Positions 28,410 through 43,104 of a stretch of DNA of 64,000 nt are shown here, piece by piece. A program made the translations under genes and the position numbers. The notes under the pieces were generated by a model. It saw nothing but the letters and a program-made list of their open reading frames with translations. It had not been told where the DNA came from and searched no databases. Numbering within the stretch: position 1 is the stretch's first letter; the number at the start of each line of letters is the position of its first letter. The stretch covers positions 427,118,001 to 427,182,000 of the forward strand of contig OZ024740.1 in the NCBI GenBank assembly GCA_964016885.1, read 5' to 3'. Source of the DNA: Eledone cirrhosa (taxonomy: Eukaryota).

Positions 28410-28648
28410 GTACGCCGATTATGCAGTGTTGCATAATATATGCAGACAGAGGGTGCAGTGCACCTTACTGCTGCATTAAGTGTGGCCGAATCTCGAGTCC
28501 GGGAACTATTATAGGCACCCGTTGTACGTGTGTTGTATTGAAGCAAATAACTATGTGTATACTCTGGGAATGTATCTTACATTGCCTATTGAGTACGCTG
28601 AGATACAACCGGTCCTGGCATTGATAAATATGCTGGGTCCGTCAACTC

Positions 28649-28691
<43 letters not shown>

Positions 28692-29956
28692 CATAGGGAT
28701 ATATGTATATATTTAGACATAGTCACAGATACATATATGTGTGTGGCTACCTTTCACGGTGTTGCTCAATGAAAAGTTTAATTAAGCAAATAATTATTAA
28801 TCAGAGCTATATATATAAAATTGTAAATTTGAAGAATTATTAGATAATATATATCCAATCTTTCTTCACCCTAGTCCGTAGAAATAAACTAGATAAATAA
28901 TCATTTAAACGGAGATATAAGCTTATACTTTGAAAACATAATAGACAAATAATACAGACTATTTTCCGCGAGGAACAGTCAGATAAAATTCATCCAGTCT
29001 TTCCTCTTAGCCCGTAGAAATTAACTATACAAATAATCAATTAAACGGAGCTAAGTCTAAAATATAAGTTAGTAGAAAAAATGCATATAAACTTCACCAA
29101 AATTCCTCTAGTCCCGACTATCTATAGTTCCGCTCGTACTTTGTGGATATGTCCGAACTTGGTATTATCCATGAGGCTTAGAACTTATCAAGAGACCCCT
29201 CAGATTTGGACTTAACTTTCTACAGTGATCGCCGCCAGAAATGAATTAAAAAATGGTTAAGAATCATCCCGTGGCTAGTAGTCAAAGTAGAAGGTTGTGG
29301 GGTCTCTTGAAAAGTATGTGTTTGTGTGTGTGTGTAAATATATGTGTGTATGTGTGTTGTACGCATATGCCGCCACATTCTACTTGTTCCAGACCACAGA
29401 CTGCGGCACAGCTGGGAAACACCATATTTGTATCTATGCTGTCAATAACAATGAATCATTACTGATATCGAGCCCCACATAACAGACAATGTGATTGTAT
29501 GATTACCTCCCATGCTGGTCCTGCCAACTTTAGATTGTTTCAGTGTTTGTAATCTTATAGTAGCCAGTTGGAATTTTACAGCATGAATTTCACGTTTTTG
29601 TATCACACACAAATCGGGTAATACGCTAAGTTTATTTTTTTTTGTTTTAAGTAGCATATGTGGTGGCATAACCATAGTTCTTGCTAGCCTGATGAAAGAT
29701 TAACGAATCATAAAGCAACTATGTCAGATATTACCAGAATATATTGGCAACTCTATCACATATTCATAAAGGAAAATTGAAAATATATAATTTTTTTCAT
29801 TTCGTTTCATTTTGGTACGAAAAAAATATTCTTCGGCAGCGAGTCTCCCCATATGCTTATTGTATATAAACACATTATATTTGTTTATGCATGTCTACAT
29901 GTGCGCCTCTATTATTCTTAAACGATCTCTTAGTGCAACAGCAAAATATATATATA

Positions 29957-30618
29957 CTAGCCGAATTACCCGCGCCTTGCTGCGTTTCACACATTTTTCT
30001 TTGTAAGAAAATGATGATTGATTTTAATTCAGTGATACAATTTATGGAGAAAAACTCTACATTTCAATATTACTCAATGTAAAATGTAATGCATGAAAAA
30101 TTGGAAAACACTATTTTTTGTAATATATCAAATCAAAATTACATTATTAAATCTTATTCTTATTTTGTTTCTTGTAAATAATTTGTTTCAAAATATCAAT
30201 TCAAAACTTTTGTGAATAGGCATAATATCTTGTCATTTACCTGTGGTTTAAGTTTCATATAAATCGAAGGGAAACAAATTTCGGCGGGGATTGTGCCTCC
30301 GGGAAACCTATTAGGGGTTTAACCCCCATTAGGGTGTCTTAATATTATTGAAATTTGATGAAAGTTTGTGAATAGGCATCATATCTTGTCATTTACTTAT
30401 GGTTTAAATTTCATATAAATCGAAGGGAAAACATTTTCAGCGGGGGTTTGTGCCCCCAGAGAAACTTGTGATTAAAATGAAATATACATATCCAAGTACC
30501 CTGGGCAATGTACTTTCAGAATATATATGATTATGGGGGTCTTTCTCCAAAACCATAGGAGGAGTTCGTGAACAAACAAACAAACAAACAGACAGGAATA
30601 CAACTTTATATATATAGA
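29957..30618 (-). mobile_element. Non-autonomous Helitron
   Basis: Minus strand A|TCTATATATATAAAG...(GTTT)n ... gcagcaaggcgcgggtaattcggCTAG|T: TC start, GC-rich subterminal stem, CTAG end, A|T target. Internal ~150-bp direct repeat. Confidence 0.8.
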
Positions 30619-30619
30619 T

Positions 30620-30817
30620 ATAACAAAGGAATTGTGGTAAGGAAACAGATGGACCATAACGGACCAGAGTACTCAATACTTAGGGAAGTAGAGTGGGGAA
30701 TAGGAAAAAGTATGACCCCGACGGCAGAGCTCAAGCCATTTCGACAGCTATTGCTGGACTCAGAAATAGCCGTCGAAACGGATTGAACTCTGCCGTCGGG
30801 GTCATACTTTTTCCTAT
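30620..30817 (-). mobile_element. Hairpin-plus-80-nt-tail mini-element (PLE 3' end family F)
   Basis: Tail 30620-30699; hairpin 30700-30817 contains a partial HHR 3' half (gtcGAAAC). Copies at 32025, 41021, 45467 and 52841. Confidence 0.8.
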
Positions 30818-31270
30818 ATATAGATGTATATATTTATATATATATGTGTGTGTGTGTGTGTGCAGAAAGTAATGAGAAATAACAAAGCAAATGACACAGT
30901 ACAATGAAGAAATAGACTGGTTTAACGCTTAGAATAATAGGAAATGAGTCTTAAGTTTCGGATACTAATCCTTCATCAGAAGATAGAATGAGAAATAAAA
31001 GATGGAATAGAAAAGATAGTGAGAAGAGGAAAGAAAGGAAAAACATTGAGAAAAAATAACAACGTACGTGCGTATTCAGTCAGATATATATGTACACACA
31101 TACACACTCTTCTGCACACACACACACACACAGACTCTCTCTCTCTGTCTCTCTCTCTCGCACACACACACATATATATATATATGTACTCACATACACG
31201 CCCTTCTGCACACACACACACACAGACTCTCTCTCTCTCTCTGTCTGTCTCTCTCGCACACACACACACA

Positions 31271-31304
<34 letters not shown>

Positions 31305-31321
31305 TATATATTTATATATAT

Positions 31322-31372
<51 letters not shown>

Positions 31373-31430
31373 TCTCTGTGTGTGTGTATACATGTGCAGA
31401 AGAGCGTGTATGTCTGTACATATATATGTC

Positions 31431-31460
<30 letters not shown>

Positions 31461-31468
<8 letters not shown>

Positions 31469-32000
31469 TAAAAAAATAATGAATAAAACAATGAAACAGT
31501 TCCTTATATTAAACAAAAAAAGTTCATTATTTAACGATCGTTTCTAGGATATATATGTGTTAGAATTGGCATGCATATTCAACAGATCTATGTACAAAAT
31601 TATACAAAATTATACAAACTATCAAGATTAAATATACATACCAAACACACATATATGCCGTCTTCAGAAATATATGTGTGTTTGGTATGTATATTTAATC
31701 TTGATAGTTTGTATAATTTTGTATAATTTTGTACATAGATCTGTTGAATATGCATGCCAATTCTAACACATATATATCCTAGAAACGATCGTTAAATAAT
31801 GAACTTTTTTTGTTTAATATAAGGAACTGTTTCATTGTTTTATTCATTATTTTTTTAATATTTTATCTTGACTCTGTATTCCGTTTATCTTTCACCGAAA
31901 GTGATTTTTCATTGCATCTCTTCTTTCCATGATATCCGGACTGCATTGAGTTCTTCATACGGATTGGACACTACCGTAAACTCTTGGTAGATTTATCTAC
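31461..32000 (+). repeat. ~195-bp-arm near-perfect hairpin with ~135-bp tail
   Basis: 31461-31656 is the reverse complement of 31670-31865. Loop gccgtcttcagaa; tail runs to 32000, then (TA)n. Confidence 0.92.
31527..31672 (-). ncRNA. Hammerhead ribozyme with ~115-nt stem II region
   Basis: Reverse complement: tattt-CTGAAGA-cggc-atatatgtgt...acacatatat-atccta-GAAAC-gatc-GTT-aaata. Confidence 0.6.
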
Positions 32001-32024
32001 ATATATATATATATATATATATAT

Positions 32025-32130
32025 ATAACAAAGGAGTTGTGGTAAGGAACCAGATGGACCATAACGTACCAGAGTACTCAATACTTAGGATAGTAGAGTG
32101 GGAAATAGGAAAAAGTATACTTTTTCCTAT
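32025..32130 (-). mobile_element. Family F mini-element (13-bp arms)
   Basis: 80-nt tail plus ataggaaaaagta|tactttttcctat, in (TA)n. Confidence 0.8.
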
Positions 32131-32159
32131 ATATATATATAAACTAGTGATAAACTACA

Positions 32160-32240
<81 letters not shown>

Positions 32241-32281
32241 ATATATACATATATATATATATATATATACATACATATACA

Positions 32282-32313
<32 letters not shown>

Positions 32314-32669
32314 CTTTTTTTTTTTCTTTATAATCCGTCTAATGTGTATGTGACCCTACCGAAGCAGTGTTTACCTTTGTGTCTGTGTTTATGTCCAGCA
32401 ACTGGCAGTTCAACAAAAAAGGCTTCATTAAAATAATAACCAGTCTTGAAATTATAAATAGTGACAACGATATGATCGACTAAATCAATGTGCTGCTCCA
32501 GCATGGTCACAGTTCTACCCACGCAGAAGACTCCTTTGTTCAGATATGACTTGTGTGTGTTTTTTTTTGTTTTTTTGTTTTGTTTTTTCTTTAAGTTAGT
32601 TCTGATGAATGAGACTAATGATAAAAGGGTTTTACACTTATATTTTAAACTTAGGACTGTATTATTTCA

Positions 32670-32849
32670 CAGTATCTGTAGAGGGTCGGACGCCATGCTT
32701 TGCAGCATAGAGTTACGGCCCTTTATGGTCTGAGTTCAAATCCCGCCGAGGTTAACTTTGCCTTTCATCCTTACGGGGTTGATAAAATAAAGCACCAATA
32801 ATACACTGGGATAATTGCTGGTCTTGTGCCAAATGTAGAAACAATTATT
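32670..32849 (+). mobile_element. tRNA-derived SINE
   Basis: B-box gagttcaaatcc; shared body; (att)n end. Confidence 0.85.
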
Positions 32850-34051
32850 TCATGATGTTATTTGAGGGTTATTCGATTACTATTTCTAGCAATCCAACCG
32901 ACTACGTACAGGCTTCCTTGTTGGCTCATTAGAAATCATTTATGAAAAAAGAAAAGGGGACGGTGGTGTGTTGAGTGGATGAAGGGTTAATAATAATATT
33001 TATTAGAAAGTTTGATATTGAAGATTGTATTACATAGCTATACAAACAGTACTATTTCAATTGATGTTTAGAAAGAACTGTATATACTTAAATGCCGAAA
33101 AATAATGACAGAAGCTAAACTGAATAGCATTAGCTCAGTTCTAAAGATAGAAAGCCGAATGTGGCAGTATCATTTAATTTCTATTAAAACCCTGAGCCTG
33201 AAACTACAATTTTAATAGAGATCAATTACAAATGAGAAACTGGTTTGGGAACGGTGATATTTTCAATGGGTGAAGGCGAGAACAACAACAAAAGATATGC
33301 TGCAGTAAAACAAATTATTCTGAATCAGTCGGTTCGTCAACCATAGCGTCGTGAATACAAAAGAAATGAAACGGGTTAAATTGAATAGGTGAATGTGGTG
33401 GGGGTTGTACCGGTTAACACAATATACTGTCGGCGCCATGGAACACTCAACGAAGAGACGTCTAGTGATATCCAACCGAGAAGAGATTCATTAAGGTGAA
33501 TCGAGAGATTAGAGGCGAGGTCACAGGTTAACGGATAAGATAAATATCGTTCAAATTACCCACAAAAATTGTCAGCGTTTTTTGTGCTGTTTTTCTTATT
33601 TTAGTTTTTTCATCACGGGACATTTGCCAATCCATCCCTACCGCACTACTGCCACTTGTACGGTTAACTCCCCATGTTTACTGATGCAGACTTTATGAAT
33701 ACCTTTTCCAGCATTTAATCCTGCCTCATATGGGACCAAGAGGAAAGGAAGGGGTTTTTAAATGACAGTGGTTCGTTGTAATTGAGTTTATGAGAGATAG
33801 AGTTGAGGATTGTGTTTTAAGAAAGTAATTGTAGTTGTTATTGTTGATGGCGATGGTGTTGTTGTTGTTGATGTTGGCTATGGTGTTGTGGTTATTGTTG
33901 TTGTGGCTGTTGTTATTATTATTTTTGCTTTTCATCCTTACGGGTCGATAAAATAAAGTACCAGTCACGTACTGGGTCGATTTGATTGACTTTCCCCTCC
34001 CTAAAAAATGTTGGCCTTACCCCTATATAAGAAACCATTATTATTATATTT

Positions 34052-34240
34052 TGAATTGGCAGTATCGGTAGAGGGTTGGACGCCATGCTTTCTAGCATAG
34101 TTACGTCCCTTTACAGTCTGAGTTCAAATCCCGCCGAGGTTAACTTTGCCTTTCATCCTTACGGGGTCGATAAAATACAGTACCAGTAATGTACTAGGTA
34201 ATTGCTGGCCTTGTGCCTAAAGTAGAAACAATTATTATTT
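34052..34240 (+). mobile_element. tRNA-derived SINE
   Basis: A-box tggcagtatcgg, B-box gttcaaatcc, 3' end gtagaaacaattatt. Confidence 0.88.
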
Positions 34241-34971
34241 TTGCTATTGTTGTTATTGATGATGTGTGTTTATGTATGATTTTAACAGTGCACATCCCGT
34301 CATTTTTGGAATGGTGTGGACATTATTTAAATTTTTTTATTTCTTAAGAAGGAATTCGCAACTATGTTTAGCAGATCGAGCAACCACATACAGACTCCCG
34401 CATTGCCTCGTCTTACAAAGGTTCATCTTTTCGGTTAGAAAAAAAAATGACTTTAAATTAGCGACATTGACACTAACAATTGAGACCGTTTCAATATTCC
34501 AGCCGAAATTTCTTCCCATTTCGGCAGATGAAAAGTAACGTGTTTTCTGTTTCTACTCCACTATCTATATTGCATGAGGAGCCAGACTTAAGGAATTTAA
34601 TATACATTACTGAAGAGAATCTGAGGTTAAACAGCCTTAATCATAATTTACAATTGTTCAAGAGGAGCAGTAACTTGTACTGTGCAATTATAGTCAAGTG
34701 TGTTGACTTGGGAAGCAACTCGTGAATGTGTTTTATCAAAAGTTAAGAATTAAGGGAAATAATCGATCCTGGATGAATCGAAGCTGAAATAGATCTTTAG
34801 TTTGCGTACGTTAAAACAATGTTCTGAGTCAACGAGAAAACCCGTATAGAGCCGCTACATCTGCCACAAATATAGGGTCGCTATCCCACTTTATATCCCA
34901 CCTCCTTGAAAACGAGTGAGACACATTAGATAATCTAGTTCTAAATCCGCAAATCTAAAGAATCAATCCAA

Positions 34972-35165
34972 TATAATTGTTTCTACTTTTGGCACAAGGT
35001 CAGCAATTATTACAGTACATTACTGGTCTTTATTGTATCGACCCCGTAAGGATGAAAGGCAAAGTTAACCTTGGCGGGATTTGAACTCAGAATAGCAAGG
35101 GCCGTAACTCTATGCGTCAAAGCACGGCGTCCGACCCTCTACCGAAACTGCCAATCTACCGCCAT
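34972..35165 (-). mobile_element. tRNA-derived SINE
   Basis: Reverse complement of the same SINE. Confidence 0.88.
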
Positions 35166-35362
35166 ATCAATCCAATATAATATAAAGTAAATAGAGTAAC
35201 TTCCAGGAATAGAAAAATAACTTTGTCTGTTATTTATTTATTTATTTTTTTTCATTTTTTTCATTTTTTTTCATTTTTTCCATTTTTTTTTTTCATTTCA
35301 GGGTTCCACTAATATATATAATATTAATTTGCTATTTTAAGATAAATATTAAATAAACACTA

Positions 35363-35850
35363 TCTAAACTATAATAAAGTAAGGAGTGTGGGATAGCGTC
35401 CAGAATATATTTTTTTATCCTGTTTGTAAAATAAGTTGGATTACTTTGAATAAATAATGAATGAATATTACATAATTTATCTACTAAATTTCGTTATTCT
35501 TGGTTAAATATAAATAATTTTGTTGGTTATTTTAAGATTCGCTCCTTTAAAATGTTCAGATGTCAACACTTCCGGTTAGCGATCGCTTAAATAAACATTC
35601 ATATATTTCCGTCACTAATTTTCTCCTAATGCAGTTTATATATATATCGTCTTTTTTTTTATGTATCATGGATTATCTTACTGATTACATAAGACAGTGT
35701 TGCATAGACTTCGTTCAATTTCTGTGTATATTGTCAATTACGATTTTATTTGCTGTATCATATCTACATGTATATATACTTGCGTATAATATCAATATAC
35801 ACACTACACATGCTAGCAGAAAACTAGCCGAAGGGTGGATTTTCTGCTAG
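35363..35850 (+). mobile_element. Non-autonomous Helitron
   Basis: A|TCTAAACTATAATAAAG ... hairpin ... ttttctgCTAG|T. Second copy at 44749-45400(-). Confidence 0.78.
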
Positions 35851-36741
35851 TCTATATTAACACTAGGACATCTAGTTTGACATGTAAAGCCGGCAAGCAA
35901 GCCCTTTCTCTAAATGTTCCGTCTCCTCTTCCTTTTCTCCTTCAGTTCATCAAAATAAACTTTTCCTTATCGCAAATGATAATTTAACTCAATGATATGA
36001 GATGTATTAGTTCACATCTTCTACGCACAATCTTAATAAATAATCCATTTCTTCCGTTACCATAACAATAAATCTGTTGACAAAACTGCAGAAAAGCAAT
36101 TTTTTGGTGCTCTACTGATTCTGCCAGTTCTCTACCTTTAATCTTTTAACCGAATTCTTTCTGACTTAGGCAGAAGGCCAATGATATTAGGCGAGGAAAA
36201 GTCGATTAAAACGACCCAGTGTGTCACGTGTACTTTATTTTATCAATCCCATTTTGATGAAGTTGATCTCTAGTGGATTTGAGCTGAGATTGTAACTGTG
36301 TCAGAAAGCACCTTGTCTGACGTTCTAACGAGTCTGTCAACCTACCGCCTTAAATCTGTCAACATAATAAGACAATGTTATGATGATCTGAAAATGTACG
36401 AATCAAAACAGAAATAAAAAGATTTTTAAAAATTGTGGAATTTCCATGTTTCCCTCGAGTGAGTATATACTATGATATCAGAGTATATACTATGATATCA
36501 TACTTTTGTGCTTGATTCTCGTTTGTATTGGGTTTCCATTTAGTGTAAACAAAGAGCATGTGTTTGTCTAAGCAGACTGTTATGACCATTCTCATCATAT
36601 GAGAGACTCCGGGCATGTTCAGTTTCTGTTCATTTACAATCGTTAACAGCTCGTTCGTCTGTATTCGTGTAGTGTCGTTTAGGTTCGTTTATATCCTTAT
36701 ATGTTCATACAATGAACACACATACTCACACTCACGCACAT

Positions 36742-36824
<83 letters not shown>

Positions 36825-37556
36825 AACTCATGCACACACACACGTGCTTATATTTACACACACACACACAACAAGCATGCACACACTCATTAAGATCGAA
36901 TGATGGGTAAATTGAAGCAGAGCACATGGAATGATGGATGCGTTCTCCGGCGGGATTCAAAAGGGGGTTAACAATCATAGTGCTAATTCGTTTAAAGCTT
37001 TGACATTCTGATCTGGCAGCGAATTTGTGATAATCCAGATTTCAAATGGTGATAATAATGCCGACGTGATCTTTAACGGCCGTCGCATCTCTCTATCTTT
37101 CTCTCTCATTCGCGCTCTCTCCATCTCTTTTACCATGTTACTCTCACAATCAGTCTCTTTCTCATCAGTTTCACTCTCTCTAGTATTCTCTCCCGCCTCT
37201 CTCTATCCAACTGTGTCTATTTTCTCACTCTCTAACACACACGCACTCTCTTTCTTCTCATCTCTCTGAGCCGACAAAGCCGGCAGCTGCGACTGATGAT
37301 AGTAACACATAAAGAGCAGGAATTCACGCGCAAAAACACATGCGATTTGACGCACTTTGACATTCATATAAATGCTTATATTTATAGGGACACATACTGA
37401 CAAACAGATAGACCGACAGAGAGTCTGACAATAGTGATAGATACATAGATAGATAAATAGATAATTATGTCTGTGTGTATATTGTGTATGAATGTACGTA
37501 CGTATGTTTGTATGTCTATATCAATACACACATACACACACACATATATGTATGCG

Positions 37557-37588
<32 letters not shown>

Positions 37589-37636
37589 CTTATATATATA
37601 TATATATACATGTATACACATATATACATATATATG

Positions 37637-37755
<119 letters not shown>

Positions 37756-37796
37756 CTTATATATACAGTATATATATATATGCATATATATATATA

Positions 37797-37869
<73 letters not shown>

Positions 37870-37912
37870 TGAGCGAAGTCGATGGTTAACATACATACAC
37901 TTGTGCGCGTGT

Positions 37913-37962
<50 letters not shown>

Positions 37963-38332
37963 GTTTCTGTGTGTATGTATCCACTCATAATTTAGCGCCA
38001 CTCACAAATGTCACTCAACCGACAGTTTTGTGTTTTAACATCTCAAACCATTCCAGTGTCATCACAGTCCGCATTATACTGATAAACCCCAACAAATCAC
38101 ACACACGCCCGTCTTTCCGGCCCTTATTTTTGTAAAGAGCTCTTTAGACACACACCCATAATTAAACCCATCTTTACATTGATTCTACCCTTTCACTATA
38201 CCCTGTCCTTCAACCTACATCGCACTGTCATAAAAGGTACTAATGTACTAATCATATTCCTACAATTCAACATCATTCCTGGCTATCCATCTATCTATCT
38301 ATCCATCTATCCATCTATCTATCTATCTATCC

Positions 38333-38429
<97 letters not shown>

Positions 38430-39400
38430 CTCAGGTGCTTACAGCCCTCTGCCAATCGGAAAGGGCAATTAGCGGAGACTCCACTTCGGCATTCTATAGG
38501 GGATTAGTGGAGGATACGTGCGACGACGTTCTCGGGGAAACTAGGCATCGAGGAAGACGAACAGACAAATCTGTTCGGGAGGACTTTCCGTCCAGGGCTT
38601 ATGGATAACTTCCAGAGGTCTCTGGCCTGGCAGTGTTACCGAGGAGCTCTACCAGTTCGAAACAAAATCTACAGGCACGGACGCTCTGGCAGAGATCCTG
38701 CCAAAAGGACCTGTCCAAGATGCGAGCAGGACATCTAAACCGTTCTGCACGCAATTGTTCAGTGCCCAGGGGTGATCGAACTGTGGAATTATGTCGAACA
38801 GCTACTGTCACGTGTAGGATGCATCCAGTTGTCAGCCGAGTCCATCGTGAGGATCACCACGCCGTCTTCATTTAAGAATGAAGGAGAGGCGGTCTTCCTC
38901 TGTCTGGTGGCTATGACGAAAGAGGTAATATGGTGGACGAGGTTAAAAGGACTGAGGGCAAGCACCTTTCTCTCCGGACAACAACTCATCCCCTTCTTTA
39001 AGTACCACTTCAGAAGGAAGGTGAGAGTGGAGAGAGAGGAGCTACACCCCAGTAAATTCGCTGAAAGGAGGGTGAATGTAGCGAAAATGGCCCGGGTGAA
39101 TGGGCCTTCTCTGTATATAAACCTGTCGGTTGAGGAAGATAAACAGAGGGAAGACGGGAACACCTACAAAACGTGTTCCTGGTGTTGAGGGTTGTTCTAT
39201 CCACGGGGTGTAAAATAACCCCGCAGTAGCATTACCCCCACCCCACCCCAAATGGGGATTTCAATTGTTTTATTCTTATATAGTTTATCCTTATTTATCA
39301 TTGTTAAAGATTTTATGTAAAACCCCTGCCGTGACGTCTTGTAATGTCCCAATTTTGTACGTCCCTGTGGCAAATAAAGATATCTATCTATCTATCTATA
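38430..39400 (+). mobile_element. 5'-truncated L1/Tx1 copy, preceded by and ending in (ATCT)n
   Basis: Homologous to the ORF2 C-terminal region and 3' UTR of 58365-61936; aataaa followed by (atct)n. Confidence 0.88.
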
Positions 39401-39480
39401 TACATATATATATACTACCACTACAGGAATTGAATAATCAAAACCGTAGCGGTATGTCGCATATCCAATCTCTCATATAT

Positions 39481-39537
39481 TTTATCTGATGAAAACGTAC
39501 TGAAATACCATTGTACCTTTGAAATATGTATAATAAA
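39481..39537 (+). ncRNA. Hammerhead ribozyme motif (degenerate stem II)
   Basis: tttat-CTGATGA-aaacgtac...gtaccttt-GAAA-tatgtata-ataaa. Confidence 0.6.
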
Positions 39538-39583
39538 CTATATACTTGGGTTATGAGAATATTTTTTATTTATTAATAATTTG

Positions 39584-39622
<39 letters not shown>

Positions 39623-39714
39623 TATATTTGTATATTTATATATATATATATATGTATATGTATATATATAAGTATATATACGTACATACATATATGTATA
39701 CAGTTTATCGTTTA

Positions 39715-40150
39715 TACGTTTATCGTTTTCGGTACCCCGGCCGATTAACTCACTCGATATGCAAATTAGGCTGCTCAACCGTTACTATGCATAAGGAAAG
39801 TATATACTTTCAGACGTTCAACCATCTGGCAGGAAGGCATATGTTGCTGACGATAGCTAATAAGCTTGAAACTAGTACAGCGTTCCTTTGTCAGTGTTGA
39901 ACAAATGAGCAACGATGGTTGCTAGACACTGTACGGCTTAATTCGGGATGTTTGTTTACAAACACACCGAGCATTATAATAAATGTTCGGTGAATCCATA
40001 CGTACATATATATATGTGTGCATGTATGTATATATATACATACTACTGTACGTCTGTATACATATATGTATGTGCGTATACATACTTATATTTAAGTAAC
40101 AGCCGTACTAAGAGTGAGAAATGAAATTTCGTTTCATTTTTTCCGTTTAT
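39715..40150 (+). mobile_element. ~430-bp non-coding HHR-bearing repeat (retrozyme/pLTR-like); permuted copy at 48103-48530, fragment at 15100-15220
   Basis: Direct sequence similarity between copies. ATGCAAAT octamer at ~39758; HHR at 39841-39883. Confidence 0.8.
39841..39883 (+). ncRNA. Type I hammerhead ribozyme
   Basis: atgttg-CTGACGA-tagct-aata-agctt-GAAAC-ta-GTA-cagcgt. Confidence 0.85.
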
Positions 40151-40162
40151 ATATATATATAT

Positions 40163-40548
40163 ATTAAATTCAAATATTAATAAAATAGATTTTCTTGTGA
40201 TCAATTAAATTTTATTATACATATTTCAGAGGTACAACAGTACGTCCTCATCAGATAAAATAAAATGACATACCCTGAGATGTTAGATGTTTAAGATTTA
40301 ATCAAGATGTTTAAGATTTAATCAACATATCAGGGTATGTCATGTATCATTTTATTTTATCTGATGATGACGTACTGTTGTACCTCTGAAATATGTATAA
40401 TAAAATTTAATTGATCACACGAACATCTATTTTATTAATATTTGTATTTAATATTAATAACTCTGGAAAATATTTTCTGTAGTGTGCTTCCAATCTACTG
40501 TAAAACTCATACTTTGATATACTCATTGAATCTTGTTTATCTCTTTAA
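40163..40548 (+). repeat. Hairpin-plus-tail element with an HHR in both arms (40210-40260 -, 40355-40405 +)
   Basis: 40163-40283 is the reverse complement of ~40322-40453. ttttat-CTGATGA-(g/t)gacgtactgttgtacctct-GAAA-tatgtata-ataaaa. Tail of ~95 bp runs into (TA)n. Confidence 0.85.
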
Positions 40549-40550
40549 TA

Positions 40551-40656
<106 letters not shown>

Positions 40657-40694
40657 ATTAATAAATGGAAACTATATTTATAAAACCATATTTA

Positions 40695-40750
40695 TTCTAT
40701 TATATATATTTCAAGGGTACCAAAATTTGATACGGCCTCATCAGATAAAA
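40695..40750 (-). ncRNA. Hammerhead ribozyme motif in a PLE 3' fragment (40653-40990)
   Basis: Reverse complement: ttttat-CTGATGA-ggccgtatcaaattttggtaccctt-GAAA-tatatata-atagaa. Confidence 0.75.
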
Positions 40751-41020
40751 TACAAAGTTTGTTTTATAAATATTGACATATCCAGGAAGATCTTAACGGT
40801 TCAAGTTTTTCTAGGAAAAACTTGAACCGGTAAGATCTCCATGTACGACAATACTCATCTTTTTCAATTTCTCCGAGGGTTCTTAACCCCACTATTAGGC
40901 TAAATAATTTCTTTAATTTCTTTAGTCAAAATACGGCGATAGCTTATATTTCTAATTTCAAACCCGCTCGCTGATTCGAAAATATTCTTACTTGACACAC
41001 ACACACACACATATATATAT

Positions 41021-41273
<253 letters not shown>

Positions 41274-42338
41274 CTTTGTACTATCTTCACGAGTAGAGCA
41301 ACCTATATAACAAAAAACAACTTGACTACAATCTCTATGACTAACCACACTAGTGACATGACTTCTTCGACCACCATGACTGCGCTCATTATCACCATAA
41401 CATCACTAACTACTACCAAGTACCATCAGCACCATAAATGCTTCCAGTCGTACAGCAATATAATTTTATTAAACAAAAATAGAAACAAGTTGTCACCAAT
41501 TTTTTAACAAAAGAAACTGAAATATTAAACACACATTAATACAGATATATGACTACATATCATTTAGATATTGGAGATTGTATAATAAGGAGTCATCAAC
41601 GATCATCGTTTGTATAGAAGATAAATTACCAGTAATACACTGGATTAATTGCTGGCCTTGTGCCAAATGTCGAAACAATTATTTGGATAGAAACTGGGTG
41701 TGTGGTAACGCATTCCCTATCTTCAAGCTATCGATAGTCTGGTAGTTAAGATTTACTCCCAAGATATCTATTTTTCACGAAGCGGGTTAACTACTACTCA
41801 CTTGTTGGTAGAAAAGTTAGAAAACTTAAACTGCTAACTACTCCGTTTAACTGCAAAAGACAACAGCTTGATGTGTGGCTCCCTCTGTCGACAGAACAAT
41901 AAACAACGTTTAAAATAATGTTTCAAAACTCAAAAGAGGAAGCAAAAGAATTCCATAACAAATTATCACAGATTCAATCAGTTTTAGCAAGTGGATCAGT
42001 TACAGAGATGATGCACAGTGAGACAAGGGAGTTGGGAGTTGGGCTACTTGGTCTTTCAAAGCTAATAATAGAGATATCAGCTTTAGATTACATCGTGATT
42101 TCACAATATTTGACGTAGCGGGGAAATAGATTATTCATAGATTCTACTAATGAAATGTCATTGGGGGGGGGGGGGGGGGTTCTACATACTGATAACTTAT
42201 TGAACCTAGAACTGGTTTAATCAAGAAAAGGGGGTCGGGTTAGAGGTATTGAGAGCACTCTGCTAAGAATAGATAACTACATTTTAGAGAATAGTAAACA
42301 AATATCATTGATTTGGATACCAGGTTATACAGATATTA

Positions 42339-42731
42339 TCGTATTTCCCGGCGTCGAAGACGCTACTTTTTTCTTAAAATAAGTCTAAAAAATCTACCAT
42401 GCGTCCTGGAGGCCTAAGGCTGCTTATTATTATTATTTTTATTTTTATTTTTTCAAATTTAGGGGGTGGATTGGCAGTATCGGTAAAGGGTCGGACGCCA
42501 TGCTTTGCAGCAAAGAGTTACGGTCCTTTATGGTCTGAGTTCAAATCTCGCCGAGGTTAGCTTTGCCTTTCATCCTTACGGGGTCGATAAAATAAAGTAC
42601 CAGTAATATGCTGGAATAATTGCTGGCCTTGTGCCAAAAATAGAATTTTTTTTTTTTTTTTTTAAATTTTTCGTTGTCAAAATTAGGGTGCGTCCTCGAG
42701 GACGAAGCGTCTTCGGCGCCGGGAAATACGG
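42339..42731. mobile_element. MITE (Tc1/mariner-pogo type TIRs) with a SINE inserted at 42463-42645
   Basis: TIRs (c)cgtatttcccggcgtcgaagacgc / gcgtcttcggcgccgggaaatacgg; TA at the left end. Confidence 0.78.
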
Positions 42732-43104
42732 TTAGATGAAATAAGAAAGCAGATGGATTAGCAAAGAAGGGAGTACAAAAGGAAATAACAGATATAAACT
42801 ACATTTCGAATATATCGAAGTTAAAATGATTTTAAAAAAATACAATTAAATTGTCAGATCCTGTCAGTTGAAACTCCGTAGTAACAAGACTCACTACTTA
42901 GCCATAATAAATTAATATAATGTAATAATAACTCAACATCAGTATTGAGTACTCTTTTCTCTCATACGGCAACAAGATACGTGTATATATATATATATAT
43001 ATGTGTGTGTATAATAATAATGCGTAGGAACGATGTATCAATTTGGGGAACCAATAGTAATGTAAATTTTCAAATACTTCTTGGTTGTCCATCGTAAACG
43101 ATGA

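Noticed and set aside
34052-34140. tRNA genes at SINE heads
   Set aside because: A/B boxes are present but there is no cloverleaf, and they are always followed by the same SINE body.
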